In this document: in pieces, positions 17,130 through 27,190 of the stretch
How the letters are laid out: each line of letters begins with the position of its first letter
Numbering within the stretch: position 1 is the stretch's first letter
Virus record (IMG/VR): IMGVR_UViG_3300020440_000033
Location: 1 to 40,220 of that record
Reading direction: 5' to 3' (one strand)
Length of the DNA: 40,220 bases
From: a virus
Lineage: Duplodnaviria > Caudoviricetes
The notes under the pieces: generated by a model
Told to the model about the DNA's origin: nothing
What the model saw: the letters and a program-made list of their open reading frames with translations, nothing else
Databases searched by the model: none
Translations under genes and position numbers: made by a program

Positions 17130-17155
17130 TAGTCCGCTACAGCCTACGGTCATAC

Positions 17156-17178
17156 GCCCCGCCCCGGCGGGGTTTTTT
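17156..17178 (+). terminator. intrinsic terminator
   Basis: GCCCCGC-CCCG-GCGGGGT then T-tract. Confidence 0.8.
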
Positions 17179-17219
17179 ATTACTCGGCGCTACAGTAGTG
17201 ATATACACAAGCATGAACT

Positions 17220-17567
17220 ATGCCTGCTGCACCTACCCGCGCTATTGACCGGCTACGCAAAGCCGCCAATTTGGAACCAACCAAGCGCGAAGTTGAGCTG
17301 TCCGATGGCTCGATATTTGAGATGTACGTCAGCCCACTGACGATGGCTGAGCGCGAACGCGCCCAAAAGCAAGCCAAGTCAGACGATGCCTCTGCATTTG
17401 CACTGCAGCTGCTTATCAGCAAGGCCCAAGACGCTAATGGCGCAAAGCTGTTTTCCCCCGGTGAGATCGACATTCTCAAGAATGAGGTCAAGGACAAAGA
17501 TCTGCAGTCCTTGATGCTGGCGATTCTGGACGACGGCAACGACGAACCAATGGACCCAAAAGCCTAG
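17220..17567 (+). CDS. tail assembly chaperone (gpG-like)
   Basis: Between tube and tape measure genes; ends in the slippery heptamer C_CCA_AAA (17555-17561). Confidence 0.8.
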   Translation: MPAAPTRAIDRLRKAANLEPTKREVELSDGSIFEMYVSPLTMAERERAQKQAKSDDASAFALQLLISKAQDANGAKLFSPGEIDILKNEVKDKDLQSLMLAILDDGNDEPMDPKA

Positions 17568-17752
17568 TAGCGGATCTTCGCAAGGACAACTGGCTCATGC
17601 TTCAGTTTGGCGTTGCCAAGGAACTGGGCATGAGCTTGTCTGAAGTCCGCACCACCATGACGCCCGAGGAACTGATTGCCTGGAGCGCCTACTTCCAGAT
17701 CCTGAACGAGGACCAAGAAAAGCAAGTGAAAAAGGCGCGTCATAAACGCTAG
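17555..17752 (+). CDS. -1 frame extension giving the gpGT-like chaperone
   Basis: -1 frame reads ...KSLVADLRKDNWLMLQFGVAKELGMSLSEVRTTMTPEELIAWSAYFQILNE...KR*, a typical gpT pattern. Confidence 0.8.
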   Translation, partial: PKSLVADLRKDNWLMLQFGVAKELGMSLSEVRTTMTPEELIAWSAYFQILNEDQEKQVKKARHKR

Positions 17753-17779
17753 ACTCCAATAAAGGGATCTTTTTGTACA

Positions 17780-20700
17780 GTGGCCAGCTACGAGGCTTCT
17801 ATTAAAGTTCTTGTAGAGGCCCAACAGGCGTTTCGGGCTATACAGAAACTTGAGAACAAACTAAAAAATATACAAGATAAGGCAACAAAAGCGCAGATAA
17901 AAGCACAGATCACTGAATCTGCCCAGGATGTTCGCCGCGCTGAGCGAAAACTTACAGCTCAGATTGACTTAAACGCGGCTACAGATCTGTATCAGCGCCG
18001 CCTTACCCAAATAAACCGAGCCGGAGGCGCACGGAATGAACAACAGCGAAAAGAGCTGGCCGGTTTAGCAAAAATTGTAGAAACTCAAGGCGACAACGCT
18101 CGTATCGTACAAAAAGTTGCCACAGCAACTGGGCGGATTCTCGAAGTCATTAGAGAGACAAACCGTGTAGACAAACGATCCAATCAGCTCCAATCTCAGG
18201 TACGAGCATACCAAAAACAAATAGACGCTCTAAGGGACGCTGGGGTTGCTGAAAGTCAACTTCGTAAAATTACTGAGTTACGAAATAAACTCTCTGACCA
18301 GCAACAGAAAAAGCAGCTAGATCTTGCTGCGATTACAAAAGACCAGCTGGACCGCAAGCTAAAAATTCTACAAACCGAACGTAAACTTAAAGAAGCCACT
18401 GAACAAACAGCAGCGGCAGAAAGAACAAAACTCCGGCAACAAGGACTCGCCCTAAGAAGCCTGGCGCGTGGAATCAACCCGCTTATTCGTCAAGCAAGCG
18501 GTTTGGGCGGACCAGCACAACAACTGGCTTTACCGAACACAAGGTTGTTGGGTGCCCAAGCTCGCGGCCTGCAGCAGATTGAAACTTCCGAAGAGCGTAT
18601 TGCTCGGTTTGCTGAGCGCACAGCTCAAGCAAAGGCCAAATCTGAAGCTCGCTCAAAGCCTATTATGGAGGCTAACAGGGCTTCAGCAGCAGCTGCAGAG
18701 CGGGCAGCGAAAGCTGCAGAGCGGACAGCGAGAGCAACTAAGGCTACTGCTCGTAACGGAGGTAGAGGTAGAGGTAGAGGTAGAGGTAGAGGCGGCGGGA
18801 ATGTACTTGTTGGCGCAGCTTTTCCCGCACTATTTGGTGCCGGACCAGCCGGTATTCTTGGTGGTGCGATTGGTGAAGCGTTTGGCCCGCTTGGCGGTGT
18901 CGTTGGTAGCGCCTTGGGAGCCCCGGTTGATGCCTTTGTTGCTGAAACAATTAAGGTTGGGCAAGCACTTAATTCAACTGGCAGTGCATTAGATTTAGTA
19001 CGGGAAAAATCTTTATTTAGCAGTGAGCAGACAAAGGAACGTGCCGCCAAACTTGAAGAGCTAGGCCGCGTAGAAGAATTAGCAAACCTGCTCACTTCAG
19101 AACTGGTTTCTGTTATTGGAAATAACGGTGTAACTGCTCTCCAAGATCTTGGAAAGACTACCGACGAAACCACAAGACTTTGGAACGAGCTTACTCTTCA
19201 ACTTTCTGCGCTTATTGCTGGCCCGTTAAACGGATTTCTGTCAATTGTAAACCAGCTTTTAGGCCGTGTGACAACCGGCTTTAGGTTTGACGCTCTTCTT
19301 AATGACCTTGAGCCAGAACAGCGCCAGCAAGCTGAAAACAGGTTAAAAGAGCTAACCCAGCGTGTTGGAACTGGCAGAAGTGCAGCCAAAAGCCAAGAGA
19401 CCAAAGGAATTTCTACTACACAGGCGCAAAAGAAGGTAATTGAAGAGTTTGCGAAGCTAGTACCTAAGACTGCACAAATCCCAGTAACAAGTGAAGACCG
19501 TAAAAGGTTTGCTGTTAAAGGTGGTAAAGGGGTTGATGATGAGTCTCGTGCTGCAAGCGAGCTACTTAGGTTAAATGCCCAGATAACGGCTGAAAAAATC
19601 CGTCAATCGGATATAGGCACCCGCTACAGGAAGTTAATTTTCGGTGAGACCGAAGGGTTACGTCAACAAAACGAAAGACTAAATAAACGGCGCGATCTAC
19701 AAATTCAGCTAGTTGAACAACAAAGAGCGCAAGCTTTACAGCGTAATAAGTACGCTGAAAATGAGGCAACTATAAATAAATTATATGACGCACGAATTGA
19801 AACCATTAAGGGTGAAGCTAGCTTAACGGAGCAGCAGAATCTCCGACGCCTAGAGCTTTTAGACATTGAACGCGAGATTACAAATCAACAACGCGAACGC
19901 GCCATGATGCGTGAGCTCACATCTGTAGATCGTACTATTGAACAAACTAAACTACGAGCACAATCACCTTTTGGCAGTGACGAACAAGAGCGTCAACTTC
20001 AACTTTTAGACCAACGGATACGCCGCGAAGATGCCTTTCAAAAATTCCTGGAACGTAGAGCAGCCCTTGAAGCCGAAATCCGCCGACTTCCTGAACAAGC
20101 CACTACAGAAATAGATAATCTAAACCAAAGAATAAAGCGGGAAGAAGAGCTTCAAGTATCTCTGCAGCAAAGATTCAAAACCCTAGACCAACTTGAACAA
20201 GCAGAACTGCGTCAAGCGCAAATTGTGGAAAAATACGGTTTTATAGCCGACGAGCTTGCGACAGCCATGACCTCAGCCGTGCAGGCCGTGGTAACCGGCA
20301 CTGGAACGGTCGAGGAAGCCTTCAGCACGATGTTTGCGAATATCGGCAAGGCGTTTATCGACATGGCGACCCAAATGATGGCACAACAACTATTCATGAC
20401 CGTGATCGGTGCGCTCGGTGGCGGCAGTGGCTTCAACTTTGCTGGCGGTAGCGCGTCCTCTGGTCTAAGCGCCGCAAACCTTATGGGTGGTACGGGACCA
20501 CTAAATGCTGGTCTGTTTGGGCGTGCCAACGGCGGCCCCGTCACCGCCAACCAGCCTTACATCGTCGGCGAACGCGGCCCTGAGCTATTCATCCCATTCC
20601 AGCGCGGGCAGGTGGTATCGAATGAGGACAGTGAAGACATTATGGAAGCTGCGTTCCAGCGCAGCGGCGGCAGCTCCAACGTGAGCAACAGCTATGGTGG

Positions 20701-21025
20701 CGGCAGCTCCAACGTGAGCAACAGCTATGGTGGCGGCAGCTCCAACGTGAGCAACAGCTTCCAGCAGATGCAGATGGTGAACTTGCCGTTCACACGCACT
20801 GCCGAGCAAGCATCGATGGTGGCAGCCGAGCGCGAAACAGCACAAGCCATCAGCAACCCTGGCCCGATCGACGTGCGCTACGAATCCAGCGTGATCAACA
20901 ACGTAGAGTACGTAAGCGCTGAGCAGCACCGTAGGGGCATGGCGCAGGCCGCTGAACGTGGTCGAGCGTTGACGCTTGAAGCAATGCAGAATTCAGTTAA
21001 GTTCCGCAGGAAAGGAGGCATCTGA
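17780..21025 (+). CDS. tape measure protein
   Basis: 1081 aa coiled-coil with Gly/Ala-rich hydrophobic patch; lambda H-like C-terminal RANGGPV..YIVGERGPELF motif. Confidence 0.9.
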   Translation: MASYEASIKVLVEAQQAFRAIQKLENKLKNIQDKATKAQIKAQITESAQDVRRAERKLTAQIDLNAATDLYQRRLTQINRAGGARNEQQRKELAGLAKIVETQGDNARIVQKVATATGRILEVIRETNRVDKRSNQLQSQVRAYQKQIDALRDAGVAESQLRKITELRNKLSDQQQKKQLDLAAITKDQLDRKLKILQTERKLKEATEQTAAAERTKLRQQGLALRSLARGINPLIRQASGLGGPAQQLALPNTRLLGAQARGLQQIETSEERIARFAERTAQAKAKSEARSKPIMEANRASAAAAERAAKAAERTARATKATARNGGRGRGRGRGRGGGNVLVGAAFPALFGAGPAGILGGAIGEAFGPLGGVVGSALGAPVDAFVAETIKVGQALNSTGSALDLVREKSLFSSEQTKERAAKLEELGRVEELANLLTSELVSVIGNNGVTALQDLGKTTDETTRLWNELTLQLSALIAGPLNGFLSIVNQLLGRVTTGFRFDALLNDLEPEQRQQAENRLKELTQRVGTGRSAAKSQETKGISTTQAQKKVIEEFAKLVPKTAQIPVTSEDRKRFAVKGGKGVDDESRAASELLRLNAQITAEKIRQSDIGTRYRKLIFGETEGLRQQNERLNKRRDLQIQLVEQQRAQALQRNKYAENEATINKLYDARIETIKGEASLTEQQNLRRLELLDIEREITNQQRERAMMRELTSVDRTIEQTKLRAQSPFGSDEQERQLQLLDQRIRREDAFQKFLERRAALEAEIRRLPEQATTEIDNLNQRIKREEELQVSLQQRFKTLDQLEQAELRQAQIVEKYGFIADELATAMTSAVQAVVTGTGTVEEAFSTMFANIGKAFIDMATQMMAQQLFMTVIGALGGGSGFNFAGGSASSGLSAANLMGGTGPLNAGLFGRANGGPVTANQPYIVGERGPELFIPFQRGQVVSNEDSEDIMEAAFQRSGGSSNVSNSYGGGSSNVSNSYGGGSSNVSNSFQQMQMVNLPFTRTAEQASMVAAERETAQAISNPGPIDVRYESSVINNVEYVSAEQHRRGMAQAAERGRALTLEAMQNSVKFRRKGGI
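18761..18790 (+). repeat. (GGTAGA)5 microsatellite in TMP
   Basis: Five exact copies encoding GRGRGRGRGR. Confidence 0.9.
20666..20759 (+). repeat. 33-bp tandem repeat (~2.9 copies) in TMP
   Basis: GGCGGCAGCTCCAACGTGAGCAACAGCT(ATGGT) at 20666, 20699 and 20732. Confidence 0.9.
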
Positions 21026-21028
21026 TCC

Positions 21029-21502
21029 GTGTCTGCATACGCCTTTGTCAATTACGTTCGCTTCAAAACGCAGGCTGATGCGTACACCGGCACGCCATAC
21101 CAGAACTTCAGCATCAACGAGCAGCGCGTGTACGGCGGAGTGACGTACAACTTTGCGCCGTTTGCCGTGTCATCCGGCGGTGGTGCGCGTGGCGGTGAGC
21201 GTTCTAGTGCTGCTTTAGTCGCTGGTACGGATGCACTGTCCGTCAATCTGTTTGCAGAAGCGGTGCAAAACCGTTACATACTGGAAATCAAGACTGTCAG
21301 CCTTGATCCCCTGACGTTTGCAGACGAGGCGTTGATTTCAACCGAAACATGGCGCATCGCGTCCTACGAAATGGACACGACAACAACAACCATGCGACTG
21401 ACATCACCACTTGATGCAGTGAAAGCTCAGATACCTCGGCGCACTCTGAGCACAGAATTGGTTGGAGCATTACCAACCAGCGGAACGTTGGTTATCGGTT
21501 GA
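21029..21502 (+). CDS. minor tail protein (gpL-like position)
   Basis: After TMP; YNFAPF and LTSPLDAV..IPRR motifs. Confidence 0.65.
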   Translation: MSAYAFVNYVRFKTQADAYTGTPYQNFSINEQRVYGGVTYNFAPFAVSSGGGARGGERSSAALVAGTDALSVNLFAEAVQNRYILEIKTVSLDPLTFADEALISTETWRIASYEMDTTTTTMRLTSPLDAVKAQIPRRTLSTELVGALPTSGTLVIG

Positions 21503-21870
21503 TGTGGCATCGTTGGATCGGTCTTCCTCATAAGTTTCGAGCGGACCCTAATGACAGGCAGGGCGCTGACTGTCTGGTTATGACCTGGCACGTTCTAGAC
21601 GCTGCAGGCGTTCCACATCCTGCATTGAATGCGGAGTGGTTGAGTATGGCGGAACGCGGTGATTATGAAGCTCTAGCGCGGCTGTACAGAGAAAGTACAG
21701 TAGACTTGAGCAAGCCGGAAGAATACGCCGTGACGATGTTCCAAGCGGCAGATCATATCGGTATCGGCGTTGTCGTGGACGGTGGGTTGTTGCATGTCAA
21801 CAGACGGAAAGGCGTGCGATGGATTCCGGTGGAACGGTGTAAAAAAATGGAATACCGGAGGTTTAGATAA
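21502..21870 (+). CDS. tail-tip NlpC/P60-like protein (gpK-like)
   Basis: WIGLPH..GADC and HIGIGV...LLH motifs. Confidence 0.75.
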   Translation: MWHRWIGLPHKFRADPNDRQGADCLVMTWHVLDAAGVPHPALNAEWLSMAERGDYEALARLYRESTVDLSKPEEYAVTMFQAADHIGIGVVVDGGLLHVNRRKGVRWIPVERCKKMEYRRFR

Positions 21871-24800
21871 TGCTGCCATCTGATCGTTATATCGCTGAAA
21901 TTCTTGGTCTCACAGAGGCGCAGTATCGGCACTTTCATATTGAGGCACGGAAACGCGCAGCCGAAGGTCCGCAACCTGCTGTAACTGCAGAAGTCGCAAC
22001 AGTTATTGCAATCGTCAACCTCGTAATCGGCCTTGGTTCGTTAGCCGTTTCAGCGCTGCTGAAGCCATCGGTGCCAAAAGCTCCGGGTGAGCAAGGCCAG
22101 CCAACTCAGCGGCAAGAGGAAGGCAGCACAGTCCTAAGAAACAGCCGATTCGCACCAAGGTACGGCTTTGATTCGCAACAAGATATTGCAACACTAGGGA
22201 GCATTATCCCGATTGTTTACGCACGCAAAGAAACCATATCAGGCACAAGTTACGGCGGCATTCGGATCAACATGCCAATGATCTGGAACCAGATTCTGAG
22301 CCTTGGCGGCGGCCAGATGATACGCGGCGTATTCTTACTTAGTGAAGGCAACATTAGCAGCGTTGACCCTAATAACTTTGCAATCGGTAGCAGTACGCTG
22401 CAAGGCTACATTTTTGATAACAATGACGCCAATGAAAAGGCCTCACGGGTAACGCTCTATCTCAGCAAAGATGGAGGAAGGATCGCTGGTGCTGACAGAG
22501 TGGCAGGCCGGTTGAATGCCAACGATGACGGCAGCTCTACCAGCTTAGATGTTTTTAGGGTGTACTGGGACGGAGCAGAGCGAACAGATTTCTGTTCGTC
22601 TAGCAGGCCGTCCACGCAGACGGATTTTGGCGTCTATGCACCAATTGGGAATGACCTGATGTATAAGGTCAATCCGGTAATTAGTCCAGGCGTAAGAAGC
22701 CAGACAGGTCCAGGCAGTGGCGAGGGTAATGTCACTGTTAAATGTCCAGTAGACGCGCCAAAGATGAACAGACGAGATAAATATCGAGCCAATTTTTCAA
22801 CATTCAGTGGCGTCTTTCAGATCATTACCGCCGCAGGAACAGTAATCCCTGGATCAAATCCTGGAACCACGATTTCAGTTGGCGTCGGGGATACCGTTAA
22901 ATACAGTCTTTACAACGGAAGTGACTGGGGGACTGCTTTTAGTACCTATGGGGGATCAGATGATGATGCTGAAGCGAAAGATGTAGCTTCAGCGGTTGCT
23001 TCGCTGCAAAAAACTTGGGATGATCGGTTAGTGGAGGGTGAGTTGTATAAAATCGGAACGGCTTTATGCGTCTGCACAAACCGCACTTTAGAGGAGTTTG
23101 TATCGCAAGCCGATCTAAATGGCAGCGGGGGCCAAGACATTGTCGCTGACTTCACTGTTGTTGAGCCTGGTTCTATTAAAAACTTTTCTGCGTCGAGGCT
23201 CCAAGATGTAGACGGTGATTTAGGCGTACGGGAGAAAGCTACGACAGGCGGCCACCTTTTGCGCTACGCACGGGGATCGGCGTCAACGTCGAGGGCATGT
23301 AAAGCCGTTGAAATTGGCTTAAAATCCACTCTTGGCATCAGGATAACCAATCTATGCAACTTTAGAGACACAAAAACTTATGAATACGCCGATACGGAAT
23401 GGTGTCAACCTTTTGAAAACAATTCGGCTGACGATATAGTCAATAACTTCTATCAAAGCGGTGTCATTACAGCACCAGTGCAGCGATATTCGTTTTTCAA
23501 AATTAAATACAGAACGGTCGGGAGCAATAGCTGGACGGAGCTAGGTAATGCCTACGGGACCAGAAGTGAAACTCAGCAACCTGTTTTTAATTACATACGC
23601 TTTGAATTTAGCTCCGTCAAGGTACGTGAATTCATGTTTGAACCTCTTTCAGGGTTTGAGGTGCGGGAAAACCAATATGGAAGTGCGTTATATGTTCTTG
23701 ACCCTAAGAAAGGTCGAGCTACCATCTCCGATGGTGGCATAAATGTTGTCTTTAATGGTGAAAACGTCGCACTTAATACAAACAACTTTGGCATCACTTT
23801 TGGGAACGCTGATGCTGACTTAAGTTCTAGTTATGTTTATGATCAAGACACGAACGGAGGAAACGACCCTACTTACAACGGCTTACCCCTGGTAGACACC
23901 GACACTTACATCGATGACTATGGAAAATTAGCCGAAACTTTCGTTTACACAGAGATTAGCAGCACTGCAGATTCTGGGCCTGAACATAGCATCGTTTATG
24001 TTAATGAAATCGTACCGAATGTTAAAACGCTCGAAAACGGCTCCATCGTAAGTGCCGCGCCCTTATATGACAATCTTGCGCTGGCTGGCATCAACATTCG
24101 CTCATCAGCTGAATTTCAGCAGTTCAGTCAATTTTCTGCTTATGTCACTGGAGGCCGTGAATGCACCAGGCTTCTAGGTGGATCGGGGGCCACGCATCTT
24201 TTTCCCGACATTTTGTACGACCTGATGACAAACGACCGCTTTGGGGCAGGCTCATTTGTCAAGACTTACATGATCGACAGCACTGAGTTCACGGCTGCAG
24301 CGCAGTGGTGTCAAGATCGCAAGTATTTTTACGACGGTGCTGTTTCTGAACCTGTCAACGTCAGGCAATGGTCAGCAGATCTAGCTGCCACGCATTTATT
24401 GCAATTTGGGGAATCAGACGGAAAATATTTCTTACGCCCCGCAATATCGTTTACAGCTGTTCCCATTGCTGCGCTATTTACGGCAGGCAATATCGCTGAA
24501 AATTCGTTCAAGCTTTCATATTTTGACCCGGAAGATCGTGACCCGATACAGGTCAGCGTTCGTTACCGCGAGGAGCGCACTACCACGGATCCGGCCAACC
24601 CTGGATTGTTCCCCGTTGTACGCGAAGTGCTGGTGCGGGAGCATGACGACATGGGCGGATCAGCTACAGACCCAATTGAACAGATCGATATGAGCGCTTA
24701 CTGCACAAGCAGGCAACACGCGATCGATGCAGCAAAGTTCATTATTCGTATGCGGCGCATCCCTCAACATGTTATAAATTTCTCGACGACACATGAAGGA

Positions 24801-25208
24801 GTGATGTCTAACATTGCGCCCGGTGATTACATCAAAGTCGCAATGGACGAAACAGAATATGACCAGTTCAACAATGGCGCAGTAACGCCAGAAGGCGCAT
24901 TAATCAGTACGAAAGCATTAGCGGATGGAACTCATAGCGTGATTGCTTGGGATGGAACGGAGGGAACCCCACCGGCTGACGCAACACTTACTGTTAGCAA
25001 CAGCGGCAAAACTGCAACGCCCACAGGAGTGGTGTTCACTGTCAAAATTTCAGGGACGCAAATGCGGGTTTATCAGATTGAACGAATCACGTCAGGAGAT
25101 GATGGGTTGTTTACAATAGAAGCAATGCACATGCCAGTGAACAGCTCCGGCATCTTGAAAGTTGCCGATGGTTTTGACACTGCCGGTAACTGGACGATCC
25201 AAGGCTGA
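21870..25208 (+). CDS. tail tip / central hub protein (gpI-J-like)
   Basis: 1112 aa; GSIIPIVY and ILYDLMTNDRFGAG motifs, OB-fold IAPGDYIKV. Confidence 0.8.
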   Translation: MLPSDRYIAEILGLTEAQYRHFHIEARKRAAEGPQPAVTAEVATVIAIVNLVIGLGSLAVSALLKPSVPKAPGEQGQPTQRQEEGSTVLRNSRFAPRYGFDSQQDIATLGSIIPIVYARKETISGTSYGGIRINMPMIWNQILSLGGGQMIRGVFLLSEGNISSVDPNNFAIGSSTLQGYIFDNNDANEKASRVTLYLSKDGGRIAGADRVAGRLNANDDGSSTSLDVFRVYWDGAERTDFCSSSRPSTQTDFGVYAPIGNDLMYKVNPVISPGVRSQTGPGSGEGNVTVKCPVDAPKMNRRDKYRANFSTFSGVFQIITAAGTVIPGSNPGTTISVGVGDTVKYSLYNGSDWGTAFSTYGGSDDDAEAKDVASAVASLQKTWDDRLVEGELYKIGTALCVCTNRTLEEFVSQADLNGSGGQDIVADFTVVEPGSIKNFSASRLQDVDGDLGVREKATTGGHLLRYARGSASTSRACKAVEIGLKSTLGIRITNLCNFRDTKTYEYADTEWCQPFENNSADDIVNNFYQSGVITAPVQRYSFFKIKYRTVGSNSWTELGNAYGTRSETQQPVFNYIRFEFSSVKVREFMFEPLSGFEVRENQYGSALYVLDPKKGRATISDGGINVVFNGENVALNTNNFGITFGNADADLSSSYVYDQDTNGGNDPTYNGLPLVDTDTYIDDYGKLAETFVYTEISSTADSGPEHSIVYVNEIVPNVKTLENGSIVSAAPLYDNLALAGINIRSSAEFQQFSQFSAYVTGGRECTRLLGGSGATHLFPDILYDLMTNDRFGAGSFVKTYMIDSTEFTAAAQWCQDRKYFYDGAVSEPVNVRQWSADLAATHLLQFGESDGKYFLRPAISFTAVPIAALFTAGNIAENSFKLSYFDPEDRDPIQVSVRYREERTTTDPANPGLFPVVREVLVREHDDMGGSATDPIEQIDMSAYCTSRQHAIDAAKFIIRMRRIPQHVINFSTTHEGVMSNIAPGDYIKVAMDETEYDQFNNGAVTPEGALISTKALADGTHSVIAWDGTEGTPPADATLTVSNSGKTATPTGVVFTVKISGTQMRVYQIERITSGDDGLFTIEAMHMPVNSSGILKVADGFDTAGNWTIQG

Positions 25209-25615
25209 TGGCAACCACATTCCCGAGCATCGAACCAACCGGCAGGAGCTTTACCGCTCCATCGTGGGCAACGACAACGCAAGCATCCCAGTCCGGCGTG
25301 ATAACTCGCAGGTTATGGGGCAGCCGCCCAAGCCGCGCCACGCTGAACCTGCAGTTCAACAACATCAGCGACACAAACGTCAGCGCAATCCTCAGCGCCT
25401 ACAACACCGCTCAAGGCCCCGTCGATAGCCTCACGCTGCCAGATGTGCTGTTCAACGGCGCTGATGCAACGCTCAAGACTTGGCTCAATAACAGCGCCAC
25501 AGGAGCTGGGTTGCTTTGGTGCTTCAGTGAGGGCTCACCGCCAAGTGTCGAAAGCACTGCTCCAGGGCGTTCGAATGTGACTGTCAGATTGACTGCAGAG
25601 CTTAGAATGAGCTAA
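25208..25615 (+). CDS. distal tail protein (gpM-like)
   Basis: FPSIEPT..SG..TRR..LNLQF.N pattern. Confidence 0.6.
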   Translation: MATTFPSIEPTGRSFTAPSWATTTQASQSGVITRRLWGSRPSRATLNLQFNNISDTNVSAILSAYNTAQGPVDSLTLPDVLFNGADATLKTWLNNSATGAGLLWCFSEGSPPSVESTAPGRSNVTVRLTAELRMS

Positions 25616-25628
25616 AAGGATTTTTCTC

Positions 25629-26027
25629 ATGGCTGTCAAGACAGGCGCCACCGCTGAACTTAGGCTCGATGGTACGGCCATCGCTAAGGTGCGCGACGTA
25701 TCTATTACGTTTGCTAGGGATGCGCTGGAAACCACCGGCATCGGACAGAATGACCGCACCTATGCCTATGGCATCCGTGGCACGACTGGCAGCGGCACTT
25801 TGCTTTATGACGCCGCCGATACGGCAACGCGCAATACGATCAATCGACTGTTAAGCGATTCAACCTCGACAAATAGCATCTCGATGGTGCTTGACACCTC
25901 AACAACCGATGGCACGATTACCGGCGATGCCTTGATCACCCAAGCTGGTACAAGCGTCAGTGTCGGCGATCTTGTCAGTATCCCGATCTCGTTTACCTTC
26001 AGCGGAAAACCAAGCGGTAGCTACTGA
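25629..26027 (+). CDS. tail tube-fold minor protein
   Basis: IAKVRDVSITFARDALETTGIG matches the tube motif of 16356..17129. Confidence 0.7.
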   Translation: MAVKTGATAELRLDGTAIAKVRDVSITFARDALETTGIGQNDRTYAYGIRGTTGSGTLLYDAADTATRNTINRLLSDSTSTNSISMVLDTSTTDGTITGDALITQAGTSVSVGDLVSIPISFTFSGKPSGSY

Positions 26028-27148
26028 TGGCAGTTCTTGGGAGCGGCGGTGTATTGGAGTTGAGTCGTGAAACGCCTCAGCCCCTTGCGCTTGCCATTGC
26101 ACGCTTCAACGCAACAGCATCACCGCCTTCAATTTCACTTGCCAATCAAGGGTACTGGACCGGCGACCGTGTTGTTATCGCAAGCTCCGATGGTTTGCCG
26201 TTTGACGTTAACGAAGATGGATACGCTGATTGCCCAGACGGCCATGCCATTTACCGTGGATCGCAGTGGCTGACAGGCCCAGCGCGAGCTTTTTACACTG
26301 GCGCCGACACTGATAGTAGTGATTTTTATCACTATGGTTACTCACTGTTGACACAGGATGGTGATGCAATCGTCACTCAATCTGGCGATACGCTTTTGTT
26401 TCCTGGACTCGCGGGAGGCGAAGATTGGTATAACCAAAGTGCTACGACAGGACTGGCTAGTACATTCGACGCTTACATCTACCGCGATGAGTTAGATCGC
26501 ATCACATTCTTCCCAACCGAAAACGCTGCTTACACCGCTGAGGCAAGCGATCGGATTGAAATGAAGAAAGTGAACTTTGGTAACTTTGTCATCGCTGCTT
26601 ATAGCGCTAATGCTGGCTACACCGCAGCAATGAACTCGGTCGCCAGCAGTGTTGATGCGTTGACCTTGATCAACTCAGAGCAGAGCTTGGAGCAGACCAT
26701 CACAATGCCTGCGTTGTTTGACACGTTATGCGAAACCGATCGCACATGGGTGCTGCAGTGCGGCTTGCAGGAATGGGCGCTCAGTATTGATGCTGCCAAC
26801 CTCGACACCACAGCCATTGGCGACACCTTCGGCGAGAACGTCAAAGCCCTGGTTCGTGGCGCCGGGACGCTCCAGTTTATTGTGGATCACCGCGATCAAG
26901 CCAACGAGCTGGATGCGATGACGCTGCTACGCCTGGTGCTGCTGACCGAAAACCAATGCAACACTAACGCGAAGTTCTACCTCTACAAGAACCGCAATGA
27001 GGTCGGCACGCAGATCAACGGTTCTGCCTACTACCAGTGCGACGTGCTGCTGACCAACACCCGTGTCAACACCAGAGCCACGGACTTGATTGCTGGCACG
27101 GCTGATTTCGTCGCTACGTCTGAGATCAAGCTCAAAGTAGCAGCCTGA
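26027..27148 (+). CDS. tail tube-fold minor protein with large insertion
   Basis: MAVLGSGG N-terminus and LQEWALSIDAANLDTTAIGD tube motif. Confidence 0.65.
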   Translation: MAVLGSGGVLELSRETPQPLALAIARFNATASPPSISLANQGYWTGDRVVIASSDGLPFDVNEDGYADCPDGHAIYRGSQWLTGPARAFYTGADTDSSDFYHYGYSLLTQDGDAIVTQSGDTLLFPGLAGGEDWYNQSATTGLASTFDAYIYRDELDRITFFPTENAAYTAEASDRIEMKKVNFGNFVIAAYSANAGYTAAMNSVASSVDALTLINSEQSLEQTITMPALFDTLCETDRTWVLQCGLQEWALSIDAANLDTTAIGDTFGENVKALVRGAGTLQFIVDHRDQANELDAMTLLRLVLLTENQCNTNAKFYLYKNRNEVGTQINGSAYYQCDVLLTNTRVNTRATDLIAGTADFVATSEIKLKVAA

Positions 27149-27190
27149 ATTTTACGATGCTACGATGATTCCATGTAGTGCCAAAGTAGC

